Positions 48,723 through 59,153 of a DNA stretch of 64,000 nt are shown piece after piece. A program made the translations under genes and the position numbers. Position 1 is the first letter of the stretch. Each line of letters begins with the position of its first letter. Origin of the DNA: Christensenellaceae bacterium Phil1 (GTDB lineage: Bacteria > Bacillota > Clostridia > Christensenellales > CAG-138); NCBI GenBank assembly GCA_001940855.1, contig MSGS01000059.1:2245-66244 (forward strand), written 5' to 3'. Under the pieces are notes generated by a model. That model saw only the letters and a program-made list of their open reading frames with translations. It did no database searches and had not been told where the DNA came from.

Positions 48723-50510
48723 TTATATTGCGCGGGTGTACTTGGCAAGCCATTCGCGCTCTTCCGCATCCATAAGCGGAGAAAGCGTATCGTACACAAA
48801 GCGATGGTATTCATTAAGCATATGCTTTTCGTCCGCGTTGAGAAGGTCGGGGTCAATCGCGTCAAGGTCTATTGGCGCGCAGGTCAGCGTTTCAAAATAC
48901 ATGAACTGGCCGTATTCGTTCTTTTCGCCCTTGCGGCAGACAATAAGGTTCTCGGTACGGATACCGTGGCTGCCTTCAATGTAAATGCCCGGCTCGTCGC
49001 TGGTTATCATGCCCTCTTCATATACGCAGGAATCCACGCGCTCCGGAACCACCTTCCAGCGGAAGCCGTTGGGGCCTTCGTGCACGTTAAGAAGATAGCC
49101 CACGCCGTGGCCTGTGCCGTGCTTATAATCAAGCCCTTCGTCCCATAACGGGCCGCGCGCAAGTATATCAAGGTTCAGCCCGCGGCAGCCATAGAGGAAT
49201 TTGGCGTTCGCCAAGCGCAGCATGCTGCGCAGCACCAGCGCAAAATGCTTCTTTTCATCCTCCGTCAGGGGGCCTACGGCTATGGTGCGGGTTATATCGG
49301 TGGTACCTTCGTAATACTGCCCGCCGCTGTCCACAAGCAGGAAGCCGTGCGGTTCAACGGTAAGGTCGCTTTCCTTATTTGGGGCGTAATGCGGCAGGGC
49401 GGCATGCTCGCCATAGGCCGATATTGTGCCGAAGCTGAGGCCAAGGTTGCCGGGAGTTGCAAAACGCAGGGAGTTTATCTTTTCCGCGGCGGAAAGCTCT
49501 GTCATCTTCTCCTTGCCAATGGTGTCCTTTACCCAGCGCATGAAGCGCGTTACGGCAAGGCCGTCCTTTATATGCGCCTTGCGCATGTTCTCTATCTCAA
49601 CGGGGTTCTTTATGGCCTTCTTGAGCTGTTCCGGGTTCACCTCGTCCACTATTATGGCCTTTTCGGAGAACTTTTCATAAAGCGCATAGTTCACCGCGGC
49701 AGAGCTGAGCAGAATGGCGTCGCCCTCGTCATAGCGGGCGGCGAAGGAATATATTTCGTTATACGGCAGCAGCGTAACGTTGAGCTGGCGCAGATATTCC
49801 TTCACGCAGTAATGGAACTTTGTTTCGTCCGCGAATATATAGGCCGCATCGCGCTCTATCACGGCATAGGACAGGAACACGGGGTTGCATTCAACATCCC
49901 CGCCGCGTAGATTGAACAGCCATGCGATATCGTCCAGCGTGCTCAAAACGTGCGCATCGGCATCCTTTTCGGCAAGCACACGGCGTATGTCCGCAAGCTT
50001 ATCCGCCGCGCTCACGCCAACGCTGTCCAGCCCCAGTACATATACCGGCGCGGAGGGCAGGGCGGGGCGATCCTTCCAAATTTCGCCGACAAGATCCATG
50101 TCCTCCTCAATGGTCATGTTCTTTGCGGCAAGCGTCTTTTCCATGCGCATTGCCGTTGCGGCGGATACCGTGCGCCCGTCCATGCCTATAACGGTGCCTT
50201 CGGGCAGGGAGGCAAGGTATTCCATGGTGGTAGGCACGCCCTCCTCACCCATCTTCATAAGCTTTACGGGGGTACCCTTTATCTGCTCCTCAGCCTGAAT
50301 GAAGTAGCGCCCGTCCACCCACAGCGCGGCTTCCGTCATGGTTACGATAAGCGTGCCTGCGGAGCCTGTGAAGCCGGTAAGATACTGGCGGGATTTGAAA
50401 TACGGATTCACATATTCGGAAAGGTGGAAATCCGCCGTGGGAACATAATACGCGCCCACGCCCTTCCGCTGCATAAGCGCACGAAGGCTATTCAGTCTTT
50501 CGGCAATCAT
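48723..50510 (-). CDS. Xaa-Pro aminopeptidase (M24)
   Basis: TGFTGSAG, DSGGQY..GTTDITRT, HGTGHGVG, SDEPG.Y. Confidence 0.93.
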   Translation of the reverse strand: MIAERLNSLRALMQRKGVGAYYVPTADFHLSEYVNPYFKSRQYLTGFTGSAGTLIVTMTEAALWVDGRYFIQAEEQIKGTPVKLMKMGEEGVPTTMEYLASLPEGTVIGMDGRTVSAATAMRMEKTLAAKNMTIEEDMDLVGEIWKDRPALPSAPVYVLGLDSVGVSAADKLADIRRVLAEKDADAHVLSTLDDIAWLFNLRGGDVECNPVFLSYAVIERDAAYIFADETKFHYCVKEYLRQLNVTLLPYNEIYSFAARYDEGDAILLSSAAVNYALYEKFSEKAIIVDEVNPEQLKKAIKNPVEIENMRKAHIKDGLAVTRFMRWVKDTIGKEKMTELSAAEKINSLRFATPGNLGLSFGTISAYGEHAALPHYAPNKESDLTVEPHGFLLVDSGGQYYEGTTDITRTIAVGPLTEDEKKHFALVLRSMLRLANAKFLYGCRGLNLDILARGPLWDEGLDYKHGTGHGVGYLLNVHEGPNGFRWKVVPERVDSCVYEEGMITSDEPGIYIEGSHGIRTENLIVCRKGEKNEYGQFMYFETLTCAPIDLDAIDPDLLNADEKHMLNEYHRFVYDTLSPLMDAEEREWLAKYTRAI

Positions 50511-51511
50511 CTGCGCGGCAGCTCCTTCCTTTTAAGGCAGGCGCAGAGCAGCTTCACGGCGTTGTCCACGTCCTTCATGTCCACGGTTTCAACGGGGGTG
50601 TGTATATAGCGGGTGGGGACGGATATGCAGCCGGAGAGTATTCCGCCGCGGGTGCGCTGTATGGCGCCGGTATCCGTGCCGCCTGCGCGAAGAACCTCGC
50701 GCTGATAGGGGATGCCGTCCTCCTCCGCCGCGGCTTCTATGAACGCACGCACAACGGGGGGAACTATAACGGAGCTGTCCATAACCTTTACCGTGGGGCC
50801 GCAGCCTAAGGACACCGCCATGCGGCTGCATTCGGGAATGTCGCCAACGCCGGTCACGTCAAGGCTTATGTTAAGGTCGGGCTCTATGGCGTATGCAGCG
50901 GGGCTTCCGCCGCGGCAGCCGACTTCCTCCTGCACGGTGAACACGGCGTAAACGTCATGCTCGCTCTTCATTTCCTTCATGGCCTCGGCCACTATTGCGC
51001 AGCATATCCTGTCGTCCATTGCGCCGCAGGCCGCGCGCTCGCCAAGCTCCACATAGTTGGTAACGTAAACGGCCATATCGCCTATGGCAACCTTCTTTTC
51101 GGCTTCCTCGCGGCTTGCGCAGCCAATGTCTATATACAGCTCGTTAAACGTTGCCTCATTCACGCCGTGCTTGGCGGTGTTTTCAAAATAGGTAACGCCC
51201 TTTATGCCGTTTTCGAACACCACTTCGCGCGCGGTGGCGATTATGGGATTCACGCCGCCCACGCGGGCAACGCGCAGGAAGCCCTTTTCATCTATTGCGA
51301 CCACTATGAAGCCAATCTGGTCCATGTGCGCGCTGAGCATTATCTTCTTTCCGCTTGTGCCGCGCTTGTGGGCGATAAGGTTGCCCATGGTATCGCGGTA
51401 TACCTCGTCCGCATAGGGGGCGACATATTGCTTTATAGTCTCGGCAGCCTTATCCTCGCGTCCGGAGGGGCCGTATGCGCCGAGTATGTTTTTTATCATA
51501 GTTGTATCCAT
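50507..51511 (-). CDS. M42 family aminopeptidase
   Basis: AHMDQIG, DDR, QEEVG, GGTD, RYIHT. Confidence 0.92.
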   Translation of the reverse strand: MDTTMIKNILGAYGPSGREDKAAETIKQYVAPYADEVYRDTMGNLIAHKRGTSGKKIMLSAHMDQIGFIVVAIDEKGFLRVARVGGVNPIIATAREVVFENGIKGVTYFENTAKHGVNEATFNELYIDIGCASREEAEKKVAIGDMAVYVTNYVELGERAACGAMDDRICCAIVAEAMKEMKSEHDVYAVFTVQEEVGCRGGSPAAYAIEPDLNISLDVTGVGDIPECSRMAVSLGCGPTVKVMDSSVIVPPVVRAFIEAAAEEDGIPYQREVLRAGGTDTGAIQRTRGGILSGCISVPTRYIHTPVETVDMKDVDNAVKLLCACLKRKELPRR

Positions 51512-51514
51512 AAA

Positions 51515-52537
51515 TCAAAGCACCTCGTTGAATTTTTTGTTCTTTAGGAAAGCGTCCGCCAATGCGTATGCGCCCATGATATCGTCTATATCGGCAATGC
51601 TGGCGGGGGAATGGATATAGCGGCACGGCACGGAGATGCAGCCGGTTTTGCAGCCGGCGCGCATACGCTGCGCGGGGCCTTGGTCGTTCGCGCCGGTGGT
51701 GCCCTGCCTGGGCTGCCACTTTATGCCCGCAGTGTTGGCGGTTTCGGTAAGCGCCTTGAACATATCGGGCGAAACTATGGTTGCGTTATCCATGAAGGAT
51801 ATTGCCAGGCCGTGGCTCATCTTTGTAACGAAGCCAACGTTTTTGACCTCCGGCATATCGTTTGCGGTGGTGCCCTCAAGCACTATCACAACATCCGGCG
51901 CAACGCTGTACGCCGCGGCATACATTCCGCGCAGGCCTACTTCTTCCTGAACGGTGAACACGCCGTAAAAATCGCACTCATAATCGTTGGCTAAAAGCTG
52001 CATCAGTATTGCGCAGCCCACGCGGTCGTCCAGCGCCTTGCCAAGCACGCGCTTTTCGCCAAGGCGCTTGAATTTGGTGGCAAAGCCTATCCTGTCGCCC
52101 GGCTTAACGTATTTCAGGGCGTCGTCCTTGTCCTTTGCGCCAATGTCAACAAAAAGCTCGCTGTGGCCAAGCACGGTTTTGCGATCCGCCGCGGTTTGAA
52201 GATGAATGGCCTTTGCGCCTATAACGCCTTCTATCATTTCGTCGCCCACAAGCACGCGCTTGGATACCACAACGCGGGAATCTATGCCGCGCTGGCCGTA
52301 GGCTATAAGGCCGTTGTCAAGCGCGCCTATAACTATCATGCCCACCTCGTCCATGTGCGCGGCTACCATTACCTTGGGCCCTTTTCCGGCCTTATGCACG
52401 ATTAGGTTGCCCATGGCGTCGGTTTTCATATCAAGGCCGTCTATATTGGCAAGCTCGGCCTTTATATAGCGGCGCACGCGGCCCTCATCGCCGCTTACGC
52501 CAATCAAGTTGGAAAGTTCTTCTAATCGTCTAAGCAT
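51515..52537 (-). CDS. M42 family aminopeptidase
   Basis: AHMDEVG, KALDDR, QEEVG, RYIHS. Confidence 0.92.
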   Translation of the reverse strand: MLRRLEELSNLIGVSGDEGRVRRYIKAELANIDGLDMKTDAMGNLIVHKAGKGPKVMVAAHMDEVGMIVIGALDNGLIAYGQRGIDSRVVVSKRVLVGDEMIEGVIGAKAIHLQTAADRKTVLGHSELFVDIGAKDKDDALKYVKPGDRIGFATKFKRLGEKRVLGKALDDRVGCAILMQLLANDYECDFYGVFTVQEEVGLRGMYAAAYSVAPDVVIVLEGTTANDMPEVKNVGFVTKMSHGLAISFMDNATIVSPDMFKALTETANTAGIKWQPRQGTTGANDQGPAQRMRAGCKTGCISVPCRYIHSPASIADIDDIMGAYALADAFLKNKKFNEVL

Positions 52538-53565
52538 AGCTTTTCCTCCCAATCTGCGCCGATGTTCTGGGCAAAGCGGGCAATTACCTTGGCGCAGTTT
52601 TTAAGCGTGGTGAGCGATATTTCCTCTACGCTCGTATGCATATACCTGAGCGGCAGCGAAATAAGACCCGTCGCCACGCCGCCCATCTGTATCTGGGTAT
52701 CCCATGCGTCGGTTCCCGTATGCGCGGGGGCAACGTCGTAATCCCAGGGGATGTTCTGCTCGTCCGCGGCCTCGGTTATCATTTTGAACATCTTGGGGTG
52801 TATGTTCGGGCCGCAGGTTATGGAAACCTTGGTTATGTCTATTGCGTCAAACGGCTTCACGCCGGGTGTGGGCGCATGGCAAACGTCCATGGCTATTGCC
52901 ATATCGGGCTTGGCGTTCCATACGCTGGCGCGCGCGCCGCCGCCGCATTCTTCCTGCACGGTGGCGCAGAATATGACCTGGCAGTCCAGCTTGGATTTTT
53001 TAAGTATATCCATGGCCTCGAGCATAACGGTTATGCAGGCGCGGTCATCGAAAGTTTTGCCGGCAACTATGTTGTTCTTCAGCTTCATCGGCGGCAGCAG
53101 CGCGAACGTTACATTGTCGCCCACGCGCACAAGCTCGTTCACTTCAGCTGCATCAAGGCCGGTATCGCACACCATATCGTCTATCGAATAGGGCTTTGTA
53201 TTGTCGCCTGATTGCTGAAGGTGCGGCGGAATTGCGCCCATAACGGCATTGAGCACCCTTTTGCCGTGCACCAGTACCTCGCTACCGGGCAGCACCCGCG
53301 GGTCAACGCCCGCAACGGAGCGTATGCGGAGCAAGCCGTCCTCCTCAATATCGGTCACCATCATGCCGACTTCGTCCATATGCGCCTGCACCAGCAGCAC
53401 GGGGCCGTGGTCGCCTATATGCGCATAGGTGTTGCCCATTGGATCGATGAATATATCGTCCGTATAGGCTTTGTAATATCCCTTGACAACCTCGGACACG
53501 GCAACCTCATTGCCGGTTACGCCCGGGGTGGTGGTCAAAGCGGATAGCGCCTCAAATACATCCAT
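52522..53565 (-). CDS. M42 family aminopeptidase
   Basis: AHMDEVG, FDDR, QEECG, TGTD, RYMHT. Confidence 0.92.
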   Translation of the reverse strand: MDVFEALSALTTTPGVTGNEVAVSEVVKGYYKAYTDDIFIDPMGNTYAHIGDHGPVLLVQAHMDEVGMMVTDIEEDGLLRIRSVAGVDPRVLPGSEVLVHGKRVLNAVMGAIPPHLQQSGDNTKPYSIDDMVCDTGLDAAEVNELVRVGDNVTFALLPPMKLKNNIVAGKTFDDRACITVMLEAMDILKKSKLDCQVIFCATVQEECGGGARASVWNAKPDMAIAMDVCHAPTPGVKPFDAIDITKVSITCGPNIHPKMFKMITEAADEQNIPWDYDVAPAHTGTDAWDTQIQMGGVATGLISLPLRYMHTSVEEISLTTLKNCAKVIARFAQNIGADWEEKLCLDD

Positions 53566-53612
53566 AAGCGTGTCTCCTTCTATTATAATATATATCTTTC
53601 AAACTCTTCGGT

Positions 53613-54584
53613 TTAACCAACGGTGTCCTTAATTACCCTTAGCGCGTTAAGATGGGTTATCTTATCCACCTCGTCCGCGGTGAAGCAGCGGTTCAGCGCC
53701 TCCTCTATCATGCCAAGGCCCTCTACCCCGCCGAATTCAAGCGTGCTGCTTATGCCGTCAAAATCGCTGCCGAGCGCAACTATGTCCACGCCCGCCTTAT
53801 CGGCCATGTAACGCGCATGGCGCGCTATATCGGCGCAGTAGGTATAGCGGGTCTTGTCCACAAGGAAATCGGCAGCGTAGTTGAGTCCGACCATGCCGCC
53901 CTTATCCGCAACGGCGCGCAGCATATCGTCCGTAAGGTTGCGCATAACGGGGCAAAGCTCCCTTGCGTTGGAATGGGAGGCGACGAAGGGCTTTGTGGAG
54001 TATTTTACAACGTCCCAGAAGCCGCCGTCGCTGAGATGCGCGGTGTCTATTATAATGCCAAGCTCGTTCATGCGCCTTACGGTCTCTATACCGAAGGGCT
54101 TAAGCCCCGCATCGGGCTCAAGGCAGTTGGGGTAGCCGAGCGTGTTTTCCTGATTATGGGTAAGGGTTATAAGCCTTACGCCGCGGCGGTACATTTCGTC
54201 CAGCCGCTCTATTTTGCCGTTAAGCGGTTCGCCGTTTTCAATCGTCATCATGGAGGACATTATGCCGTCCGCCATGTTCTTTTCAATGTCCGCATATTTA
54301 CCGACGGGGCGGATAAGGTCCGTGTTGGCGGCTATCTGACGGTCGTAGCAATCGGCTGCATCGTTGAAGAAATCCCACTCGTCGGCTTCGCCGGTGGTGC
54401 TTGCTATCCGCTTCATGGGCGGGATATACAGCGCAAAGCATTGCAGCAGGCAGCCCGCCTCCTTCATACGAAGCAGGTCAAGCATGCCGGTGGGGTTGGA
54501 GCGCAGGTTTTTGCTGTCCTCGTTCCCCATGACCTCGCATACTACGGTATCACAGTGCAGGTCTATAAAACGCATTTTGTTCAT
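53613..54584 (-). CDS. Membrane dipeptidase family (M19)
   Basis: DLHCD, IDTAH, ASHSN, RNLTD, LGSDFDG. Confidence 0.92.
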   Translation of the reverse strand: MNKMRFIDLHCDTVVCEVMGNEDSKNLRSNPTGMLDLLRMKEAGCLLQCFALYIPPMKRIASTTGEADEWDFFNDAADCYDRQIAANTDLIRPVGKYADIEKNMADGIMSSMMTIENGEPLNGKIERLDEMYRRGVRLITLTHNQENTLGYPNCLEPDAGLKPFGIETVRRMNELGIIIDTAHLSDGGFWDVVKYSTKPFVASHSNARELCPVMRNLTDDMLRAVADKGGMVGLNYAADFLVDKTRYTYCADIARHARYMADKAGVDIVALGSDFDGISSTLEFGGVEGLGMIEEALNRCFTADEVDKITHLNALRVIKDTVG

Positions 54585-55154
54585 TTATTTATCCTCCGTT
54601 TCCCGCGCAACTGCCGCGCGAAAATCATCCATGGTTTTGTTGTGGAATTTCCACCAATGCTCGGGATCGTGATGCCCGCTTGCCGTGCCGCGAAGGAACC
54701 CCTCGTGATGGCTTACTATTTCGTTTATCTCGATAGTGGGGTACTGACGGATAAGGTAAGCGCAAAGCTGCACGGCGTTGCTCCATAGCCTGTCGAAATA
54801 CGGCTGAAAACGCGCCGTGTCGTAATCCGCAACATCAAAATCAGCGGTGTATATCATGCCCGCCGGTTCGCACAGCTCAATGCCTATATGGTCGTTGTTA
54901 TCCGTGCCGCCCGCATGCCAGCCGCGCATTGTCCAGGGCAGATACTGCATAACGATTTCGTCGTCCGCAAATGCATGCACGCAGACCTCGCGCCCGCCCT
55001 GCTCGCTTGCGCTCTTGTTCCACAGCTCGTACCATACGCCCGCCCGCATGCCGGGTTCGGCGGTGCTGTGTATGGTTATGCCGCGGGGGGTTATGGTGCG
55101 CCCTGCTTTATAGCAGTCGTTTTCGCTCATCAGCTTGGTAATGATGTTCAGCAT
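54585..55154 (-). CDS. N-acetylmuramoyl-L-alanine amidase (Amidase_2), catalytic domain only
   Basis: IHSTA, CVH, WHAG, IGIELCE, SH.EG, HHDP. Confidence 0.85.
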   Translation of the reverse strand: MLNIITKLMSENDCYKAGRTITPRGITIHSTAEPGMRAGVWYELWNKSASEQGGREVCVHAFADDEIVMQYLPWTMRGWHAGGTDNNDHIGIELCEPAGMIYTADFDVADYDTARFQPYFDRLWSNAVQLCAYLIRQYPTIEINEIVSHHEGFLRGTASGHHDPEHWWKFHNKTMDDFRAAVARETEDK

Positions 55155-55299
55155 ATTTCCTCCGTCTAATATAAAATGGGTATCTGCGCGATCCGAATCG
55201 ATTATACTACATATTTCATAAGAAGAAAAGTATCTTAAAGCGTATATGTCCGCGCTGAAAGCAATGGAAAAGCAAACAAATATATGATATAATCAGCGC

Positions 55300-56229
55300 A
55301 TGAACAGGAAACAGATACAAAGTAACTTGATGTTGGTATTGGTTGCGCTCATTTGGGGCACGGCTTTCGTGTTCCAGGCAATGGGCGGCGACTCCATGAG
55401 CGCGTATGCATTCAATGCGCTCAGGTCACTTGCGGCGGGTATTGCGCTGCTGCCGCTTATTGCGTTCAATAACGCCAAGCAGAAGAAAAGCGGCCGTGCG
55501 GCCGAAGCTTACCCAAAGGACAGGCGCACGCTTATAGTGGGCGGCATTGTTGTGGGCGCGGCGCTTGCGGTGGCAAGCGCATTGCAGCAGCTTGGCATAG
55601 GGTTCACCACGGTGGGCAAGGCGGGCTTTATAACGGCAATGTACATAGTATTCGTGCCGGTGTTCGGAATATTCCAGCGGCGCAGGCTGCCCGTTACGGT
55701 ATGGATAAGCGTGGCGCTGGGCGTGGTTGGGCTTTATTTCCTATCGATGAACGGCAGCTTCACGCTGCAAAAGGGCGATGCGCTGATACTCTGCTGCGCG
55801 TTCGGCTACACCGCGCACATACTGCTGATAGACCATTTTTCACCCAAGGTTGACGGCATTAAGATGAGCTGCATACAGTTTTTCGTATGCGCTGCGCTTT
55901 CGGCCGTGTTCATGCTGATAGACGGCAGCGTACCCACATGGCAGGCCATAGGGGAAGCGATAATACCCATTCTTTATACGGGCGTAATGTCCAGCGGCGT
56001 GGGCTACACGCTGCAGATAATTGCCCAGAAGAACACCGAGCCTGCGGTGGCGTCGCTGCTGATGAGCCTTGAAAGCGTGTTTGCGGCGCTGGCGGGCTGG
56101 GTGCTGCTGAACCAGAAATTCTCCGGCCGCGAAATGCTGGGCTGCGCGATAATGTTTGCGGCGATAGTGCTGGCGCAGCTTCCCGACCTTATTGCGGCGG
56201 CAAGGAAGAAAAAGGGCAAGGCCGCGTAG
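55300..56229 (+). CDS. DMT/EamA family transporter
   Basis: IWGTAF, about 10 TM helices, LESVFA. Confidence 0.9.
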   Translation: MNRKQIQSNLMLVLVALIWGTAFVFQAMGGDSMSAYAFNALRSLAAGIALLPLIAFNNAKQKKSGRAAEAYPKDRRTLIVGGIVVGAALAVASALQQLGIGFTTVGKAGFITAMYIVFVPVFGIFQRRRLPVTVWISVALGVVGLYFLSMNGSFTLQKGDALILCCAFGYTAHILLIDHFSPKVDGIKMSCIQFFVCAALSAVFMLIDGSVPTWQAIGEAIIPILYTGVMSSGVGYTLQIIAQKNTEPAVASLLMSLESVFAALAGWVLLNQKFSGREMLGCAIMFAAIVLAQLPDLIAAARKKKGKAA

Positions 56230-56283
56230 GAGGAGCAGCACATAATTTCGGCCAAATCCCAGTCAATTCATCATCGCTTAATG

Positions 56284-56313
56284 AACCTCCCTAATAGAAT
56301 AGGGGAGGTTTTT
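56284..56313 (+). terminator. Intrinsic terminator
   Basis: AACCTCCCT...GGGGAGGTTTTT. Confidence 0.6.
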
Positions 56314-56338
56314 GGTATTGCGCCGCCAACCCTAAAAA

Positions 56339-56652
56339 GCTGTCCCCGCGGGCGGGAAAGTGGCTGCGAATGAAATGAGCAGACGGAGGGGTTAAAAAGA
56401 AGCTTGCAGTTCTTTGTCTGTTTCAACCCCTCAGTCGCCTGACGGCGTCAGCTCCCCGTCCGGGGAGCCTTTTGGACTCCCTCAGTCAAACCTTCGGTTT
56501 GCCAGCTCCCTCTAAGAGGGAGCCTTTTGGCAATGTACGCGCTCGGGGGCGATAGTGTGTAAAATAGGTTAGGTGGGATTAACCGTGCGGCGCAAAAAAA
56601 CCTCCCTATAAAGAGAGGTTGCAATAAGCATTAGCGAATCGGCGGATGGGGG
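56339..56652. repeat. Cluster 3 of the two-hairpin repeat, four units
   Basis: Units 56339-56393(-), 56425-56469(+), 56476-56524(+), 56599-56652(-, degenerate). Confidence 0.82.
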
Positions 56653-56654
56653 AT

Positions 56655-58109
56655 TTATATATCCTTCAATATCTCGTCCTTCAGCGCGAGCAGAGCGCAT
56701 ATGTTGCGGGCGTCGCGCGGGCAGCTTTCCGCACCCTGAGCGCGGTATAGGCCATAATTCATGTGCGAAGCTATTATGTCCGCACCCTTTATGTGGCCGT
56801 CGGAGGCGGCTATTTCCTCCGCAACCTTGGCCATGTCCATATCCTTCAGGCCCTTGACCTCAAAATGGGCGGAGGCAAGCGCGGCTACTCCGTCGTAATG
56901 CGTGGTGAGCACGCTTACGCTGGGCTGCTTATCAAGGTAGCGTGTTACGGCGCGCACTATCATTGCGCCTTCCTCGGGATTGGTACCGCGGGCAAATTCA
57001 TCCAGCAGTATAAGGCTTATGCCTTCGGTTTGTGCGGCGGCCTGCTCAACCTCGTTGAACTGCACTATCTCCGCGCCGAAGCTTGAAAGGCCGCGGTCCA
57101 TGTCCTCCAAATCCTCGCTTACTATGAATATGCCGCCGAAAAGCGGAAGCTTTGCATATTTGGCGAATGGCAGCATGCCCGCCTTGACAAGCATGGCGTT
57201 GAGCGCAAGGGTTTTGAGCGCAACGCTTTTTCCGCCCATGTTTGCGCCGGTTATTACCGTTGCGCCGACCGGTGCTGAAAGGGAAACGGGCGTAAAGTGC
57301 CGCTCCCGCTCGAAAAGCGCATCCGCCACGCGGGGGTTGACCATATCCTCCATTTCAACGGGACCGTCGCTGAAGTGCGGCATAACCCCGCCGTAGCGCA
57401 CGGCAATCTCCGCACGGGCGATTGTGAAATCAAGCTCCGCCACGTTATCCATGCAGTCTATTATTGCATCGGTATACGGCGCAAGGCTAAGGCAAATCTC
57501 CCTGCGGATGCGGCGCTCCTCCGCGTCCTCTTTGCCTGCGGCAGCACTGCGCAGCGCCATAAGCCGCGCGCGTTCAGCGCTGTCTGTCTCCTTGCGGATA
57601 AGCTCCTCTATTTCCCGCTTTTCGCGGCGCGCCTGCTTCAATTCGGGCGATGCGTTATCCGCAATGAAGAAGGTTGCGGCGCGGCTGCCCTCGGGGTCTA
57701 TTATTTTAAGAGCCTCCGTCTGCGCGGGTATCGCTATGCCCTCTATGTGCGCTTTGGCTATAACGTCCTCAAGCACGGGGGCTATAAGCTCGGTTTGCAG
57801 CAAAAAGCGCTTCAACTCAAAAAGCTCAAGCTCGCTGAGCGCCCCTTCACTCAGGTTCATAACGCTCCTGCGGATATCCTTCATGGGCATCATAAGCCGC
57901 TGAAGCCTGCCGTATTCAAAGCTGAGCGTGGTGAGCGTATCCTTAACGCGGCATACGTTTGAAAGCTGCGTTTTCAGTTCGTCTATCTCATTCGGGTCAA
58001 AAAAGCGCAGCTTGCTCACCCGCGCCTGACCATACGGACTTGAACAGGAAAGCGAATTGATAACGTATCTGAATCCTATGTTCTCCTGCTGGGAAAATGT
58101 CATTGCCAT
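56655..58109 (-). CDS. kamC: Small MutS-like ATPase, KamC-like aminomutase reactivase subunit
   Basis: ITGANMGGKS, GLSSFGAE, LLDEFARGTNP.EG, TTHY, M.YGL; only 484 aa with no mismatch-binding domain; follows a KamB-like gene. Confidence 0.75.
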   Translation of the reverse strand: MAMTFSQQENIGFRYVINSLSCSSPYGQARVSKLRFFDPNEIDELKTQLSNVCRVKDTLTTLSFEYGRLQRLMMPMKDIRRSVMNLSEGALSELELFELKRFLLQTELIAPVLEDVIAKAHIEGIAIPAQTEALKIIDPEGSRAATFFIADNASPELKQARREKREIEELIRKETDSAERARLMALRSAAAGKEDAEERRIRREICLSLAPYTDAIIDCMDNVAELDFTIARAEIAVRYGGVMPHFSDGPVEMEDMVNPRVADALFERERHFTPVSLSAPVGATVITGANMGGKSVALKTLALNAMLVKAGMLPFAKYAKLPLFGGIFIVSEDLEDMDRGLSSFGAEIVQFNEVEQAAAQTEGISLILLDEFARGTNPEEGAMIVRAVTRYLDKQPSVSVLTTHYDGVAALASAHFEVKGLKDMDMAKVAEEIAASDGHIKGADIIASHMNYGLYRAQGAESCPRDARNICALLALKDEILKDI

Positions 58110-58128
58110 TTGTAATAGTCTCCTTTTA

Positions 58129-59145
58129 TCAATCCTCGTCCTTGCTTTCCACGTTCACTACCGGCACGCTTACTGCGGCGCGCATGCTGTCGAGCAGCAG
58201 CTTCGGGTCCATGTGGAACCCGTATGCGGAAACGGGGTTTACCGTTATTGCCGCCAGCTTTACCGGCCGCCTTACGCCAATGCGCACGCCGCGAATGAGC
58301 AGCTTTTCGTATGAATCGTGACTGAGCAGCAGCTTGCTGCCGTCCTCCGCGCTCAGCTCGAAGCCCTTCAGCTTTGCCCCGCCCATGAGCACGGGCTTTA
58401 TTGTTGCGTCCGTTACCGCGCCGGTGATATACGCGCTTTTTACGTCCGCATATTCGCGGCTGCGGAGCGCCTCGGCAAGGGTCAGGCCGTCCTTCATCTG
58501 TTCAACGGTGCCGTCCGCGCGCTTGAAGCGTATCTTGCCGTTCATGGGAATATCAAGCTCCGCCTCGCTGAAGGATTCCTGTCGCGGCAGCGTCAAAAGC
58601 GCGGTTGAAAAGGCGGTATCCTCGATGACCACGTTTATGTCCCGCGAATAGGATGCGCCGGTGCAAAGTATGGTGGCTTCGCTCACGGTGGGCGCGCAGA
58701 GCGTTTTGCGGCTGAGTGCGCCGTCTATTATCGTCATATCCGCGCCGAAGGAAGAAAAAACGTCCACAAGCGCGCTCAGCTGCGCGGTCATGCTGGGGCC
58801 GGCAAGCTGCACGCTGCCGTCGCTTCGGGCGCGGACAACCGCGACCTCCCCCATGGGGGTGGGCCATCCGGTGGAATAGATTATCTCCCGCGTGATATCG
58901 CTCAGGCGGAACATGTCCACGGCCGTGGCAACGAGCGTGCCTTCATAAACGTATATGCCGGGCTTTGCCGTGCGGGTAACAAGATCCGTGCTTTCACCGT
59001 CCCGCCCTATGCTGGTAAGCCCAAGGCGGACGCGGGATTCGTTAAGCTCCGCAATCAGCTTATTGAGCACGGTGGTCTTGCCGGCGTTTTTGCACATGCC
59101 TATTATGGATAGCGAGCGCACGCCCTGTATGTATTCCTTCAGCAT
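58129..59145 (-). CDS. kamB: KamB-like lysine 5,6-aminomutase reactivase subunit
   Basis: SIIGMCKNAGKTT, LTSIGRDGE, LAGPS, IDGALSR, TVNP. Confidence 0.75.
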   Translation of the reverse strand: MLKEYIQGVRSLSIIGMCKNAGKTTVLNKLIAELNESRVRLGLTSIGRDGESTDLVTRTAKPGIYVYEGTLVATAVDMFRLSDITREIIYSTGWPTPMGEVAVVRARSDGSVQLAGPSMTAQLSALVDVFSSFGADMTIIDGALSRKTLCAPTVSEATILCTGASYSRDINVVIEDTAFSTALLTLPRQESFSEAELDIPMNGKIRFKRADGTVEQMKDGLTLAEALRSREYADVKSAYITGAVTDATIKPVLMGGAKLKGFELSAEDGSKLLLSHDSYEKLLIRGVRIGVRRPVKLAAITVNPVSAYGFHMDPKLLLDSMRAAVSVPVVNVESKDED

Positions 59146-59153
59146 TCAGTCTC

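Noticed and set aside
56655-58109. Mismatch-repair MutS or MutS2
   Set aside because: Too short, lacks mismatch-binding and Smr domains, and is paired with a KamB-like gene
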